A stretch of 55,613 bases of DNA from Deltaproteobacteria bacterium (GTDB lineage: Bacteria; Desulfobacterota; Desulfobulbia; Desulfobulbales; SURF-16): positions 1-55,613 of the forward strand of contig JACQYM010000053.1 of NCBI GenBank assembly GCA_016208225.1, in the 5' to 3' direction. The translations under genes and the position numbers were made by a program. The notes below the pieces were generated by a model. That model made no database searches. It was not told where the DNA came from and saw only the letters and a program-made list of their open reading frames with translations. The stretch's first letter is position 1. Every line of letters starts with the position of its first letter. Of this stretch, positions 29,600 through 38,289 are shown piece by piece.

Positions 29600-30328
29600 C
29601 TAATTTTCACACCGGCGTAGCGCTTGTCCGTCAAGAAGCTCTTCGCCTGGCGCCGGTGTTTTTTGTGCCGCCTGGCCGATAAGGTCTTCCAGGGGAACAT
29701 CCTTGCCCAGGATGGCGCGGATGTGAGCCGTCAGTGCCTGCCAGTTTTGCTGGCGCAGCCAGTCAATCATATCCCGATGGAGCAGATTTGCAAAAAGAAT
29801 TTTATTTTTTTCATGGGGCAACCCCATGTCAAGCACGATCGGCCGCAACCGCCCGAGCACCTGCAGCAGCAGATCATAGTCATCCGAATATTCCTTTTCC
29901 AGATCCTCGCGCAGCTGCTTGGCCAGGGCCGGACTCTGCCCGGCGGTGGACACGGAAATTGTCAGGTCGCCGCGCCGCACCGTGGCCGGCAGGATGAAAT
30001 TGCACCATTTGGGGACATCGGCCACGTTCAACAGGATGTTCCTGGCGGTCGCCTCCTGGTACACGGCTTCCTGCACGGCGACGTCATCCGTGGCCGCAAT
30101 GACCAGGAAGGCATCGGACAGATCCCCTTGCCGGTAGCCGCGTTCAAGCCACCGGATGGATTCGCGCCGGCTAAGGAGGAGCAGCTCATCGTCCAGGGCG
30201 GGGCTGATCACGGTTACCGCACCCTGGCAGGCAAGCAACGATTTTACCTTGCGTGCCGCCACCTTGCCCCCGCCGATGACAATGCAGCGGCGGGAGCTGA
30301 TATCAAGACTGACTGGGAAATAATTCAC
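29600..30328 (-). CDS. Precorrin-2 dehydrogenase / sirohydrochlorin ferrochelatase (SirC/CysG N-terminal type)
   Basis: 242 aa. Rossmann motif IVIGGGKVAARK. Heme/siroheme gene context. Confidence 0.8.
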   Translation of the reverse strand: MNYFPVSLDISSRRCIVIGGGKVAARKVKSLLACQGAVTVISPALDDELLLLSRRESIRWLERGYRQGDLSDAFLVIAATDDVAVQEAVYQEATARNILLNVADVPKWCNFILPATVRRGDLTISVSTAGQSPALAKQLREDLEKEYSDDYDLLLQVLGRLRPIVLDMGLPHEKNKILFANLLHRDMIDWLRQQNWQALTAHIRAILGKDVPLEDLIGQAAQKTPAPGEELLDGQALRRCEN

Positions 30329-30333
30329 GTCGT

Positions 30334-30966
30334 TTACTTTTTCGGCAGAATGTTGACTTTGATTTTACCCGCCAGTTTGGCGGCAAAATGGCGGGCATCG
30401 GCATCCGCCCCGACAATGGAGCCGAAATGCATGGGAATGGCCACCCTGGGGTTGATGGCAAGGGCGGCCTGCGCCGCCTCATCGGCGGTCATCACGTAAG
30501 TACCGGATACGGGCAGCAGGGCGATGTCAGCCGCATAGCCCGCCATCTCGGGGATGTAGTCCGTGTCGCCCGCATGATAAATGCGCACCCCTTCCACTGT
30601 GACAATAAAGCCGAGCCAGCTGTTCGCCTGCGGGTGAAATTTTTTGTTCGTGTTGTAGGCCCGCACTGCCTGCACGGTAAAGCCTTCCAGGGTAAGGGTC
30701 TGTCCGGGCTGCACGGTTTTGACATTGCCCGTAAGTTTTGCCGCGGCCCGCGGTTCGGTAATGATGATGGTTGACTGCTTGCTGATTTTTGCAATGTCAT
30801 CCGGGGAACAGTGGTCAAAATGTTCATGGGACACCAGAATGAGATCGGCAGGCGCCGGATCCCCGGTCAGTTGGAACGGGTCAAAATAGAGGACCTTGCC
30901 CGCGGCCCGCAGACGGAAACAGTCATGGCCCAGCCATTCAAGATTGCTCAGAATTTTTTCAATCAT
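30334..30966 (-). CDS. MBL-fold metallo-hydrolase
   Basis: 210 aa. HxHxDH motif (SHEHFDH). Confidence 0.85.
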   Translation of the reverse strand: MIEKILSNLEWLGHDCFRLRAAGKVLYFDPFQLTGDPAPADLILVSHEHFDHCSPDDIAKISKQSTIIITEPRAAAKLTGNVKTVQPGQTLTLEGFTVQAVRAYNTNKKFHPQANSWLGFIVTVEGVRIYHAGDTDYIPEMAGYAADIALLPVSGTYVMTADEAAQAALAINPRVAIPMHFGSIVGADADARHFAAKLAGKIKVNILPKK

Positions 30967-31071
30967 AACCTTCCCCCTTGCACGTGCTGTCAGGTATTGC
31001 CGTCAGGAACCGGTACAGCTATAATCAATTTGACACCCGGCGTCATCCGGAATATGTAAACTGCGCGGGAA

Positions 31072-31210
31072 GCCAGGAGTCAGGAGACAGGATGCTGACG
31101 CAGAAAACATCGCCCGCCCTCCTGTCTGAACATGGGCAAGCCGATGCTGCCCAACGATCAACCCCGATCTCGCGCGTTCCGGATTCTGACTCCTGAATTC
31201 TTGACTCCTT
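31072..31210. repeat. E-like element upstream of yjbQ: tandem heptamers caggag(t/a) and a complementary tgactcct repeat
   Basis: caggagt-caggaga-caggatg at 31074-31094. 31074-31083 is the perfect reverse complement of 31186-31195. tgactcct repeats at about 31187 and 31202. Confidence 0.45.
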
Positions 31211-31233
31211 AACCCCTTTTTCCCGGAGGTACT

Positions 31234-31629
31234 ATGTCCAAAGGAACATTCACGGTAACCACCACCAGCGCCATGGAGCTGGTCGACATCACCGACAGGA
31301 TAGAAAATGAACTGCTAAAAAGCAAGGTCGTTGATGGCGTCTGTTACCTATATAATCCCCACACCACTGCGGGGCTGACCATTAATGAAGGGGCCGACCC
31401 CGCCGTGCAGGCCGACATGATCAGGGCTCTGCAGAAGATGATCCCCTTTGATCTGCCGTATCACCACCTGGAGGGCAACTCACCGTCCCACCTGCTGGCC
31501 TCGCTCTTCGGCGCCTCGGTCAGCGTCTTTGTGGAAAACGGCGGCCTGCGGCTCGGCACCTGGCAGAAAATCTTTTTCTGCGAGTTTGACGGCCCGCGGA
31601 CCAGAAAGGTGCACTGGCGCATCATCTGA
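31234..31629 (+). CDS. yjbQ: YjbQ/UPF0047 family protein (secondary thiamine-phosphate synthase type)
   Basis: 131 aa. Conserved HTTAGLTINE and GTWQ motifs. Confidence 0.85.
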   Translation: MSKGTFTVTTTSAMELVDITDRIENELLKSKVVDGVCYLYNPHTTAGLTINEGADPAVQADMIRALQKMIPFDLPYHHLEGNSPSHLLASLFGASVSVFVENGGLRLGTWQKIFFCEFDGPRTRKVHWRII

Positions 31630-31644
31630 CCGGCTATTCTTGAT

Positions 31645-31771
31645 GAATTCGTAAAAAAATCTATTTTCACCACGGAGCACACAGAGATCACAGAGAAAAT
31701 ATTTTTAATTACAATTAGTTATCTCTGTGTGCTCTGTGCTCTCTGTGGTTAATTTTCAGTTTTTACGAGTC
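31645..31771. repeat. A-family palindromic element (best copy)
   Basis: gaattcgtaaaaa...ccacggagcacacagagatcacagagaaaat-AT loop-agttatctctgtgtgctctgtgctctctgtgg...tttttacgagtc. Fills the spacer between convergent yjbQ and the PilZ gene. Confidence 0.75.
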
Positions 31772-31773
31772 TG

Positions 31774-32523
31774 TCATTCTTCCTGGATCCCCTTGCGCAG
31801 CAGCATCAGTTCGCGCTGGCGGATATATCTCAGGATCCGGTCCTCTTCCGTGCGGCATGGGCTGAATTTTACCCCCAGGCAGAACAGGCGCAGTTTGCTG
31901 TTGGCAAAGGTGCGGACCACCTCCGCCTCTTTAATTTTAAAGTGGAGCACCGCATTGTCGGCGCCGGCTGCCGCCTCCTCGCCGGGGATGGTGATGCAGA
32001 TATTCTTTATGGTGTGATTCTGCTCAGGCATTTCGTCCGGGGACTTGGTGCAGAGCAGCATGCCGCCGGTGCTCAGGTCCTGCATATTAAGCTTGCACTT
32101 TTTCTTGTTATACAGGAAAGTGGCGGTGCTTCCCTCGGGGAGATTGATGCGGAAATGCTGCCGGCGCTGGAGCACGAACAATTCCTCGGGGAATTTGAGG
32201 AAAAGGGTATCTGACGATGCGGACGTCACCTCGCCGTTGAAGTGGGTCCATAACTTGGCGCTGTTGCGGAAAATCACCCGGATACCGGAGTGGGTTGCCG
32301 GCCAGTCCTTCGGTCTGTCGATATCTACTTTCTGGTCTTTGATGGCGATGACAACGGTGCCGCCTGACTGATACCCTTTGTGGTACAGGGTGACATAGAT
32401 CCGTTTTTCCTTCAGCCAGTTCAGGGTATATCTGATGATGGCCTCTGACCTGGTAACTTCGTAACCCGAATGAAATTCCACCCAGCCGGTGTATGCGGGA
32501 TCATCTTTTTTTGCTGATGTCAT
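31774..32523 (-). CDS. PilZ domain protein (putative c-di-GMP receptor)
   Basis: 249 aa. RxxxR (RRQHFR) and D/NxSxxG (DLSTGG) motifs at the expected spacing. Confidence 0.75.
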   Translation of the reverse strand: MTSAKKDDPAYTGWVEFHSGYEVTRSEAIIRYTLNWLKEKRIYVTLYHKGYQSGGTVVIAIKDQKVDIDRPKDWPATHSGIRVIFRNSAKLWTHFNGEVTSASSDTLFLKFPEELFVLQRRQHFRINLPEGSTATFLYNKKKCKLNMQDLSTGGMLLCTKSPDEMPEQNHTIKNICITIPGEEAAAGADNAVLHFKIKEAEVVRTFANSKLRLFCLGVKFSPCRTEEDRILRYIRQRELMLLRKGIQEE

Positions 32524-32530
32524 GTGCCTG

Positions 32531-32743
32531 ATCGGTTATCTGAAAGTTGACTGGTGATTGGCCAGGGAGAATAATGGAGCCGCTCCGTTACCCAATCGGC
32601 CGTTTCATTGTGCGCCGCCTGCAACTTTTTTCCAACGGCTCGGGAGCCGTTAGGAAATAACATGGCCATTTTTTCAATTTCGTTACGGCTCCTAAGCCGT
32701 TCCGTGCATTTCTCTCTGGACATGTTATTTTTTTACAACGGCT
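32531..32743. repeat. Composite B-family mosaic
   Basis: ttatctgaaagttgactggt (also at 53865-53884), a C-type module ccgttacccaatcggcc, the hairpin gggagccgttaggaaataacatggccattttttcaatttcgttacggctcc, and ...catgttatttttttacaacggct. Confidence 0.65.
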
Positions 32744-32777
32744 TAGTGTTTGAAATGAATGTAAATATCATACCAGA

Positions 32778-33044
32778 TTGATGGGGTGGCTATCCATGAA
32801 AAGATCCCAAATGCAAAAAAAAATCGATCCGGCTGAAATCTGTTTCGGTCTCAACCGGGAGGCTGACGAACGGTCGCTGGCTGCTTTTCTGCAGCTCTTT
32901 GCCGCCCCGGTCATGCTTGAGGCGCTCATTCCCCGCCTCTCCGATGACGATATCAGCGCCACGGTTGATTTTCTGACCAGGCTCATGAAGAAGCATCTGC
33001 AGGAAAATGAATATCACACCCTTTTTCTGAATGAGGAAAAGTAG
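32778..33044 (+). CDS. Hypothetical small protein (up to 88 aa), translationally coupled to the UbiD-family gene
   Basis: Its TAG stop overlaps the GTG start of the next gene (TAGTG at 33042-33046). Start uncertain (ATG at 32778, 32796 or 32811). No motif recognised. Confidence 0.5.
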   Translation: MMGWLSMKRSQMQKKIDPAEICFGLNREADERSLAAFLQLFAAPVMLEALIPRLSDDDISATVDFLTRLMKKHLQENEYHTLFLNEEK

Positions 33045-34822
33045 TGCATTCCCCGATCATCAAAGACCTTCGTTCCTACCTTGATGTCTTACGCCAGGAT
33101 TCGGATCTCCTGGAAATCGACGTGGAAGTCGATCCCTATCTGGAAATCGCCGAGATCCATCGGCGGGTCATCGCCCAGGGCGGGCCGGCCCTGCTGTTCA
33201 AGCGGGTCAAGGGCAGCCGTTTTCCGGTGGCGACCAATCTGTTCGGCACCGCCCGGCGCATGGAGATCGCCTTCGGCCATCGGGCCCAGAAATTTGTCGC
33301 TGACCTGGTGCGGGCCGCTGAAACGCTCATGCCGCCCAGCCTCGGCAAGATCTGGTCGATGCGGAAACTGGTACCGCAGGCGGCGAGGATCGGCACCCGC
33401 ATCATGAAAACCGGCCCCATTCTCGATCACTGCATGCGCCCGCCCCGTCTGCGCGAGCTGCCCATGCTCACCTCCTGGAAGACGGACGGCGGGGCCTTTG
33501 TCACCCTGCCGCTGGTCTATACCGAGCACCCGGGCGGCCGGGGCCACAACCTCGGCATGTACCGCATCCAGCGCTATGATGACGAGACCACCGGCATTCA
33601 CTGGCAGATCCACAAGGGCGGCGGCTACCATTACCATGAGGCCGAGGCCCGCAATGAAAGTCTGCCCCTCACCCTGTTCATCGGCGGGCCGCCGGCCCTG
33701 ATCATGTCAGCCATTGCCCCGCTGCCCGAAAATCTGCCGGAGCTGATGCTCGCCTCGCTGCTGCTTGGCGAGAAGCTGCCCATGGTGCGAGACCCGGCCG
33801 GCGGCCACAACCTGGTCGCCTTTGCCGAGTTTGCCGCCAAGGGCAGCGTGCCGCCCCATGTCCGGCGTCCCGAGGGGCCTTTCGGCGATCATTACGGCTA
33901 CAACTCCCTGACCCATGATTATCCGGTTTTCCAGGTGGACCGCCTCTATCATCGCCACGACGCCATTTATCCGGCCACCGTGGTCGGCCGGCCCAAGCAG
34001 GAGGATTTTTATATCGGTGATTTCCTGCAGGATCTGCTCTCGCCCCTTTTCCCCATGGTAATGAGCGGCGTCAAGCAGCTCAAGACCTTTGGCGAAGCAG
34101 GTTTCCACTGCCTGGCCGCGGCCCGGATCAAAGACCGCTACCCCCGCGAGGCCTTTGCCTCCGGACTGCGCATTCTCGGGGAAGGACAGCTGTCCCTGAC
34201 CAAGTTCCTCATCATCACGGACGGCGACATCAATATCGATGATTTCAAAACCCTGTGGGTACATGTCCTGGAAAGGGTGAACTGGCAGCAGGACCTTTTT
34301 GTTTTTGCCAATGTATCGCAGGATACCCTTGATTACACCGGCCCATCGGTCAATAACGGCTCCAAGGCCCTGCTCATGGGACTCGGCCGCGAGCCGAAAA
34401 ACGTTCTGCCCTTCTCCTTTCACGGCATGCTGCCGGCCGGCTGCCAGGCGGCCAGCGCCTTTCTGCCCGGCACCCTGGTTGTCGAAGCCGCCGGCTACAC
34501 GGCTGACCAGGCGCTGCCCCAGCGGGTGGCGGACGCTGCCGCTTTTGCCGACTGGCCCGTGGTGCTGCTGGTGGACAATCTGCAGGAGGCGACCGCCAGC
34601 ATGCAGGAGTTTGTCTGGACCTTTTTTACCCGTTTTGAACCGGCGGCGGATATTTACTGTGCCCGGCAGAGTGTCCGCCGTTTTCATGTGGGACTCACGC
34701 CGCCCATCGTCATTGATTGCCGGCTGAAGCCCTGGTATCCCGATGTGCTCGAGGTGGACCCGGCCACCAGAAAGCTGGTGGACGGGAAGATCGACGCGCT
34801 GCTGCCCGGGAAGTTACGCTGA
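33044..34822 (+). CDS. UbiD-family (prenyl-FMN-dependent) decarboxylase, long form
   Basis: 592 aa. UbiD-type motifs (RIQRY...IHWQIHKGG, EGPFGDHYGY). Possibly the menaquinone-pathway decarboxylase type. Confidence 0.85.
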   Translation: MHSPIIKDLRSYLDVLRQDSDLLEIDVEVDPYLEIAEIHRRVIAQGGPALLFKRVKGSRFPVATNLFGTARRMEIAFGHRAQKFVADLVRAAETLMPPSLGKIWSMRKLVPQAARIGTRIMKTGPILDHCMRPPRLRELPMLTSWKTDGGAFVTLPLVYTEHPGGRGHNLGMYRIQRYDDETTGIHWQIHKGGGYHYHEAEARNESLPLTLFIGGPPALIMSAIAPLPENLPELMLASLLLGEKLPMVRDPAGGHNLVAFAEFAAKGSVPPHVRRPEGPFGDHYGYNSLTHDYPVFQVDRLYHRHDAIYPATVVGRPKQEDFYIGDFLQDLLSPLFPMVMSGVKQLKTFGEAGFHCLAAARIKDRYPREAFASGLRILGEGQLSLTKFLIITDGDINIDDFKTLWVHVLERVNWQQDLFVFANVSQDTLDYTGPSVNNGSKALLMGLGREPKNVLPFSFHGMLPAGCQAASAFLPGTLVVEAAGYTADQALPQRVADAAAFADWPVVLLVDNLQEATASMQEFVWTFFTRFEPAADIYCARQSVRRFHVGLTPPIVIDCRLKPWYPDVLEVDPATRKLVDGKIDALLPGKLR

Positions 34823-34929
34823 TGATATCGACCCGCAGTCGGTGCGGGCGGATCAGCTGGTGCCGGCTTCCGCCCCTTGAGCTTTTCCGCATCGTTACAA
34901 AAATGATGTGGAACCGGGCAGATATTTTT

Positions 34930-34956
34930 TAAAGAATAATTTTTTTTTGCCGATAG
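34930..34956 (+). promoter_or_regulatory. Sigma-28 (FliA)-type promoter TAAAGAAT-N11-GCCGATAG
   Basis: Matches the enterobacterial consensus TAAAGTTT-N11-GCCGATAA at 13 of 16 positions with exact 11-nt spacing. Lies 88 nt upstream of the ATG at 35045. Confidence 0.55.
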
Positions 34957-35044
34957 GCCTTATTGTAAGGTATAGTAGTATTGAAATGAGAGTACGCTCT
35001 GCACGAGGAAGTGCGGTTTGATCCTTCACAAAGGGAGGCAAAAA

Positions 35045-35479
35045 ATGAAGATTACGAACAACCTGGGCACACCAGCCATCGGCCCGTCAGATCCGAAAAA
35101 CAGCAAACCCCTGTCCGGGAATGAATTCAAAAATTTCCTGGAGTCACAGATACAGTCTGTTTCCACCACCGCCAAAACCGGAGCGGCCGCCAAGGTTGCC
35201 GCGCTGAGCATTGTCCCCGCCGCCTTGCGGATCGAAGGTCTCTCGGTTGCCGAGGCGACCATCAACAGCCTGGAATCACTCGGCACCGCCTTGAGCAATC
35301 TGCAGCTGCCGGCCGAGGATCTCGCCCCCCTGGTCGAGGCCCTGGAGGAAGAGACCGGTTCCATTCTCGATCTGAAAGGCAAACTGCCGGCTGAAGATCC
35401 GCTTGCCAGGCTGCTTGACCGGGTTGCCACCATCTCTTATGTCGAGACGGCAAAATTCCGGCGCGGCGATTATCAGTAA
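35045..35479 (+). CDS. Hypothetical protein (144 aa), possibly flagellum-associated
   Basis: ATG preceded by GGGAGG at 6 nt. Ala/Leu/Glu-rich with no Cys. N-terminus MKITNNLG. Function is inferred only from the upstream promoter. Confidence 0.6.
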   Translation: MKITNNLGTPAIGPSDPKNSKPLSGNEFKNFLESQIQSVSTTAKTGAAAKVAALSIVPAALRIEGLSVAEATINSLESLGTALSNLQLPAEDLAPLVEALEEETGSILDLKGKLPAEDPLARLLDRVATISYVETAKFRRGDYQ

Positions 35480-35515
35480 GCTTCTCCGTCTCCCTGATTT
35501 TGCCCGGCCCTGTGC

Positions 35516-36232
35516 ATGAAAGAGCGCCTGCAGAAAATTCTTGCCCAGGCAGGCGCCGGTTCACGGCGCACGGCGGAAATCTATATCAGCGAGGGGCGGG
35601 TAACCATTGACGGCCAGGTCGTCACCGACATGGGAGTCAAGGTCGATCCCGCCCTGCATGACATTTGCCTGAACGGCAGGTCCATCCGTTCTTCCGAAGA
35701 AAAAATCCATATTCTCCTCCATAAACCGGTGGGCTATGTCACCACTCTGAGCGACCCGCAGGGTCGCCCCATTGTCACCTCCCTGCTCACGGGCATCAGC
35801 CAGCGCGTCTTTCCTGTCGGCCGTCTGGACCTTGATACGTCAGGGGCCCTGCTGCTGACCAATGACGGCGATCTTGCCCAGCGTATCCTGCATCCCAGTT
35901 TTGAAATCACCAAAACCTATGTGGCCAGGGTTGCCGGCCGGCCGGCCGCGGCAGATATCAATCGCCTGGCAGCCGGCATTGACCTGGAGGGCCGCCGCAC
36001 CTCCCCGGCGCAACTGCAGGTATTGAGGCAAACCCCTCGGTACGCGGAGGTGCAGATCATCATCCATGAGGGGCGAAAACGGCAGGTGCGGAAAATGTTT
36101 GCCGCCATCGGCCACAAGGTGCTGGAACTGAAACGCATTGCCTATGGCAATCTGAAACTCGGCTCCCTGCCGGCGGGGAAATTCCGCCTTCTCGGGGAAA
36201 AGGACATTGAAAAGATCTTTGCCGGCCGCTGA
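35516..36232 (+). CDS. Pseudouridine synthase, RsuA/RluB family (S4 domain plus catalytic GRLDxxTSG)
   Basis: 238 aa. Motif VGRLDLDTSGALLLTNDG. Confidence 0.85.
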   Translation: MKERLQKILAQAGAGSRRTAEIYISEGRVTIDGQVVTDMGVKVDPALHDICLNGRSIRSSEEKIHILLHKPVGYVTTLSDPQGRPIVTSLLTGISQRVFPVGRLDLDTSGALLLTNDGDLAQRILHPSFEITKTYVARVAGRPAAADINRLAAGIDLEGRRTSPAQLQVLRQTPRYAEVQIIIHEGRKRQVRKMFAAIGHKVLELKRIAYGNLKLGSLPAGKFRLLGEKDIEKIFAGR

Positions 36233-36276
36233 TTTTCCAGCCCTGCCATGAAAATAATATTTTTTTGCAAAATGCC

Positions 36277-36304
36277 TTTACATTCCGACATTTATCTGTA
36301 TAAG
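36277..36304 (+). promoter_or_regulatory. Possible sigma-70 promoter for ihfB (TTTACA-N16-TATAAG)
   Basis: Hexamers read directly. Would give a 5-prime UTR of about 170 nt. Weak evidence. Confidence 0.3.
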
Positions 36305-36479
36305 ATAATTTCGTAGCATTGAAAATAGGAACAATGTCGGGAGGTTAGCAGTCAGCACCGTGCGGTTGCCAGGAAAATACCTTTCCGGATAATTTCTAAC
36401 AAAAGCAAACTGTTATATATTCGCCACTGAATGTATAACGAAACGTCATTTTGCAAACTGATACGTTCGGGAGACCGGG

Positions 36480-36761
36480 ATGAACAAATCAGAATTAATT
36501 GAGGCCATTGCCCAACAGGAAAATCTGCCTCACCGTGAAGCAAGCTCAATAACCAACACGATTCTGGAAACCATGATTGACACCCTGGCAGCGGGCGAGA
36601 GCATCGAGATCCGGGGCTTCGGCAGTTTTGTCATCAAGGAGTATGAGGCGTACCAGGGCCGGAACCCGAAAACGGGGGAGAAGATAGAAGTGCCGCCGAA
36701 AAGGCTGCCTTTTTTCAAGGTTGGCAAGGAGCTGAAAGAGCGGGTGAACGAAAAGGCGTAA
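36480..36761 (+). CDS. ihfB: Integration host factor subunit beta (HU/IHF family)
   Basis: 93 aa. IEIRGFGSF...GRNPKTGE...FKVGKELK pattern, typical of IHF-beta. Confidence 0.85.
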   Translation: MNKSELIEAIAQQENLPHREASSITNTILETMIDTLAAGESIEIRGFGSFVIKEYEAYQGRNPKTGEKIEVPPKRLPFFKVGKELKERVNEKA

Positions 36762-36808
36762 GCCGTCGTGCCCGAATAACCGCCACATTGAACCGCCGTA
36801 CCGACAGA

Positions 36809-36866
36809 GGGAGCCGTAGCGAACTGACCGGAAATACAATGGTTATTTCCTCACGGCTCTTACGTC
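36809..36866. repeat. Degenerate B-family hairpin
   Basis: gggagccgtagcgaa...ttcctcacggctctt. Confidence 0.45.
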
Positions 36867-36923
36867 CGGCCGGGGCACCGGACCTCTCTTCCCCCTCCTG
36901 TCGGCAGCAGGCGGGAAGAAACC

Positions 36924-38273
36924 TCAAGCCGTCGGAGCGGAATCGGCAATCACCCCTACCAGGTCATACGGATGTGCCTCGGTGATCTCGACCATGACAA
37001 TATCTCCCGCGGCACATATGCCATCGGCGATGTACACGCAGCCGTCGATCTCCGGAGCTTGAAACGGCGTCCGGCCCTCGAGCAGCAGATCGCTCTCTCT
37101 ACTTAATCCTTCCACCAGGACCGGCACCCTGCGGCCGACAAACTCCCGGTTTTTTGCAAGGGATATGCCGGCCTGCAGTTCCATCAGATAGTCATACCGC
37201 TCCTGTTTGACCTTTTCCTCGCATTGATCCGCAAAATGTTCGGCGGCGCACCCCTCTTCGTTGGCATACGGGAAGATGCCCACATTATTGAGCCGATAGG
37301 TTCGCAGAAAATCGGCGATTTGCTCCACGTCCCTGTCCGTCTCCCCTGGAAACCCGACAATGAAGGTGGTGCGGATGGCGGCCGCCGGCACCTTGGCGCG
37401 GATGCGTTCAATCAGCGCATGCGCCTTGCTGCCGGTAAACGGCCTGTTCATCCTTTTGAGCACTCTGCTGCTGATGTGCTGCAGAGGGATATCCAGATAT
37501 TTGAGCAGCCGTTCTTCCCCGGCCATGAGGGCCAGCAGTTCGTCGTCGATCCGGTTGGGGTAGAGATAGAGCAGCCGCAGCCAGTCCGCCCGGCAATTGG
37601 CCAGAATGGCGGTGATTAATGCCGGCAGGCTGGCTTTGCCTTTCCCCAGATCAAGTCCGTACGCTGTCACGTCCTGGCCGACCAGGGTCAGTTCCCGCAC
37701 CCCCGCCGCCGCGAGCCTCCCGGCCTCTGCCGCCAGATCCTCCATGGACCGGCTGCGCAACGGGCCGCGGATAGCGGGAATGAGACAGTAGGAACAGCGG
37801 TTGGCGCAGCCTTCGGATATTTTCAGATAGGCCCGGTGGGGCGGAGTGGCGAGTTTCCTGGGCATGGCGGCGTTCATGAGAAACCGGGAAGCGGGCAAAA
37901 CCACCGACCCCGTCGCTTTGTCCAGTTGCCGCACGAGGGCGGCAATATCGTGAAAGCCGTCCACTCCGACAAAGAGATCAACCTCGGGCAGCTCTGCCGG
38001 CAAATCCTTGCCGTAGCGCTGCACCAGGCAACCGGTGACCACGAGTTTCACCCCTGCCCTGTTCTCCTTGTATTGGCCGAGATGGATAATCTCATCAATC
38101 GCCTCCTCCACAGCCGGCTGAATAAAGCCGCAGGTATTGACCAGCAGCAGATCGGCCTGTTCGGGCTCCTGGCAGACAACGTAGCCGTCATCCGCAAGCA
38201 AGGCGAGCATCACCTCCGAATCAACGAGATTTTTCGGGCAGCCGAGGCTGACCATATAGAGATTTTTTGTCAT
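36924..38273 (-). CDS. rimO: Ribosomal protein S12 methylthiotransferase RimO
   Basis: MTTase N-terminus (VSLGCPKNLVDSE), radical SAM CANRCSYC and a TRAM C-terminus. ATG at 38273 preferred to the long ORF start. Confidence 0.9.
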   Translation of the reverse strand: MTKNLYMVSLGCPKNLVDSEVMLALLADDGYVVCQEPEQADLLLVNTCGFIQPAVEEAIDEIIHLGQYKENRAGVKLVVTGCLVQRYGKDLPAELPEVDLFVGVDGFHDIAALVRQLDKATGSVVLPASRFLMNAAMPRKLATPPHRAYLKISEGCANRCSYCLIPAIRGPLRSRSMEDLAAEAGRLAAAGVRELTLVGQDVTAYGLDLGKGKASLPALITAILANCRADWLRLLYLYPNRIDDELLALMAGEERLLKYLDIPLQHISSRVLKRMNRPFTGSKAHALIERIRAKVPAAAIRTTFIVGFPGETDRDVEQIADFLRTYRLNNVGIFPYANEEGCAAEHFADQCEEKVKQERYDYLMELQAGISLAKNREFVGRRVPVLVEGLSRESDLLLEGRTPFQAPEIDGCVYIADGICAAGDIVMVEITEAHPYDLVGVIADSAPTA

Positions 38274-38289
38274 AAATAATTGGCGGGGG

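Noticed and set aside
31072-31233. A structured region upstream of yjbQ, considered as a TPP or other riboswitch.
   Set aside because: It has no CTGAGA or ACCTGATCTGGATAATGCCAGCG-like TPP core. The region is instead built from tandem heptamers with a complementary right arm, like the other E-type repeats.
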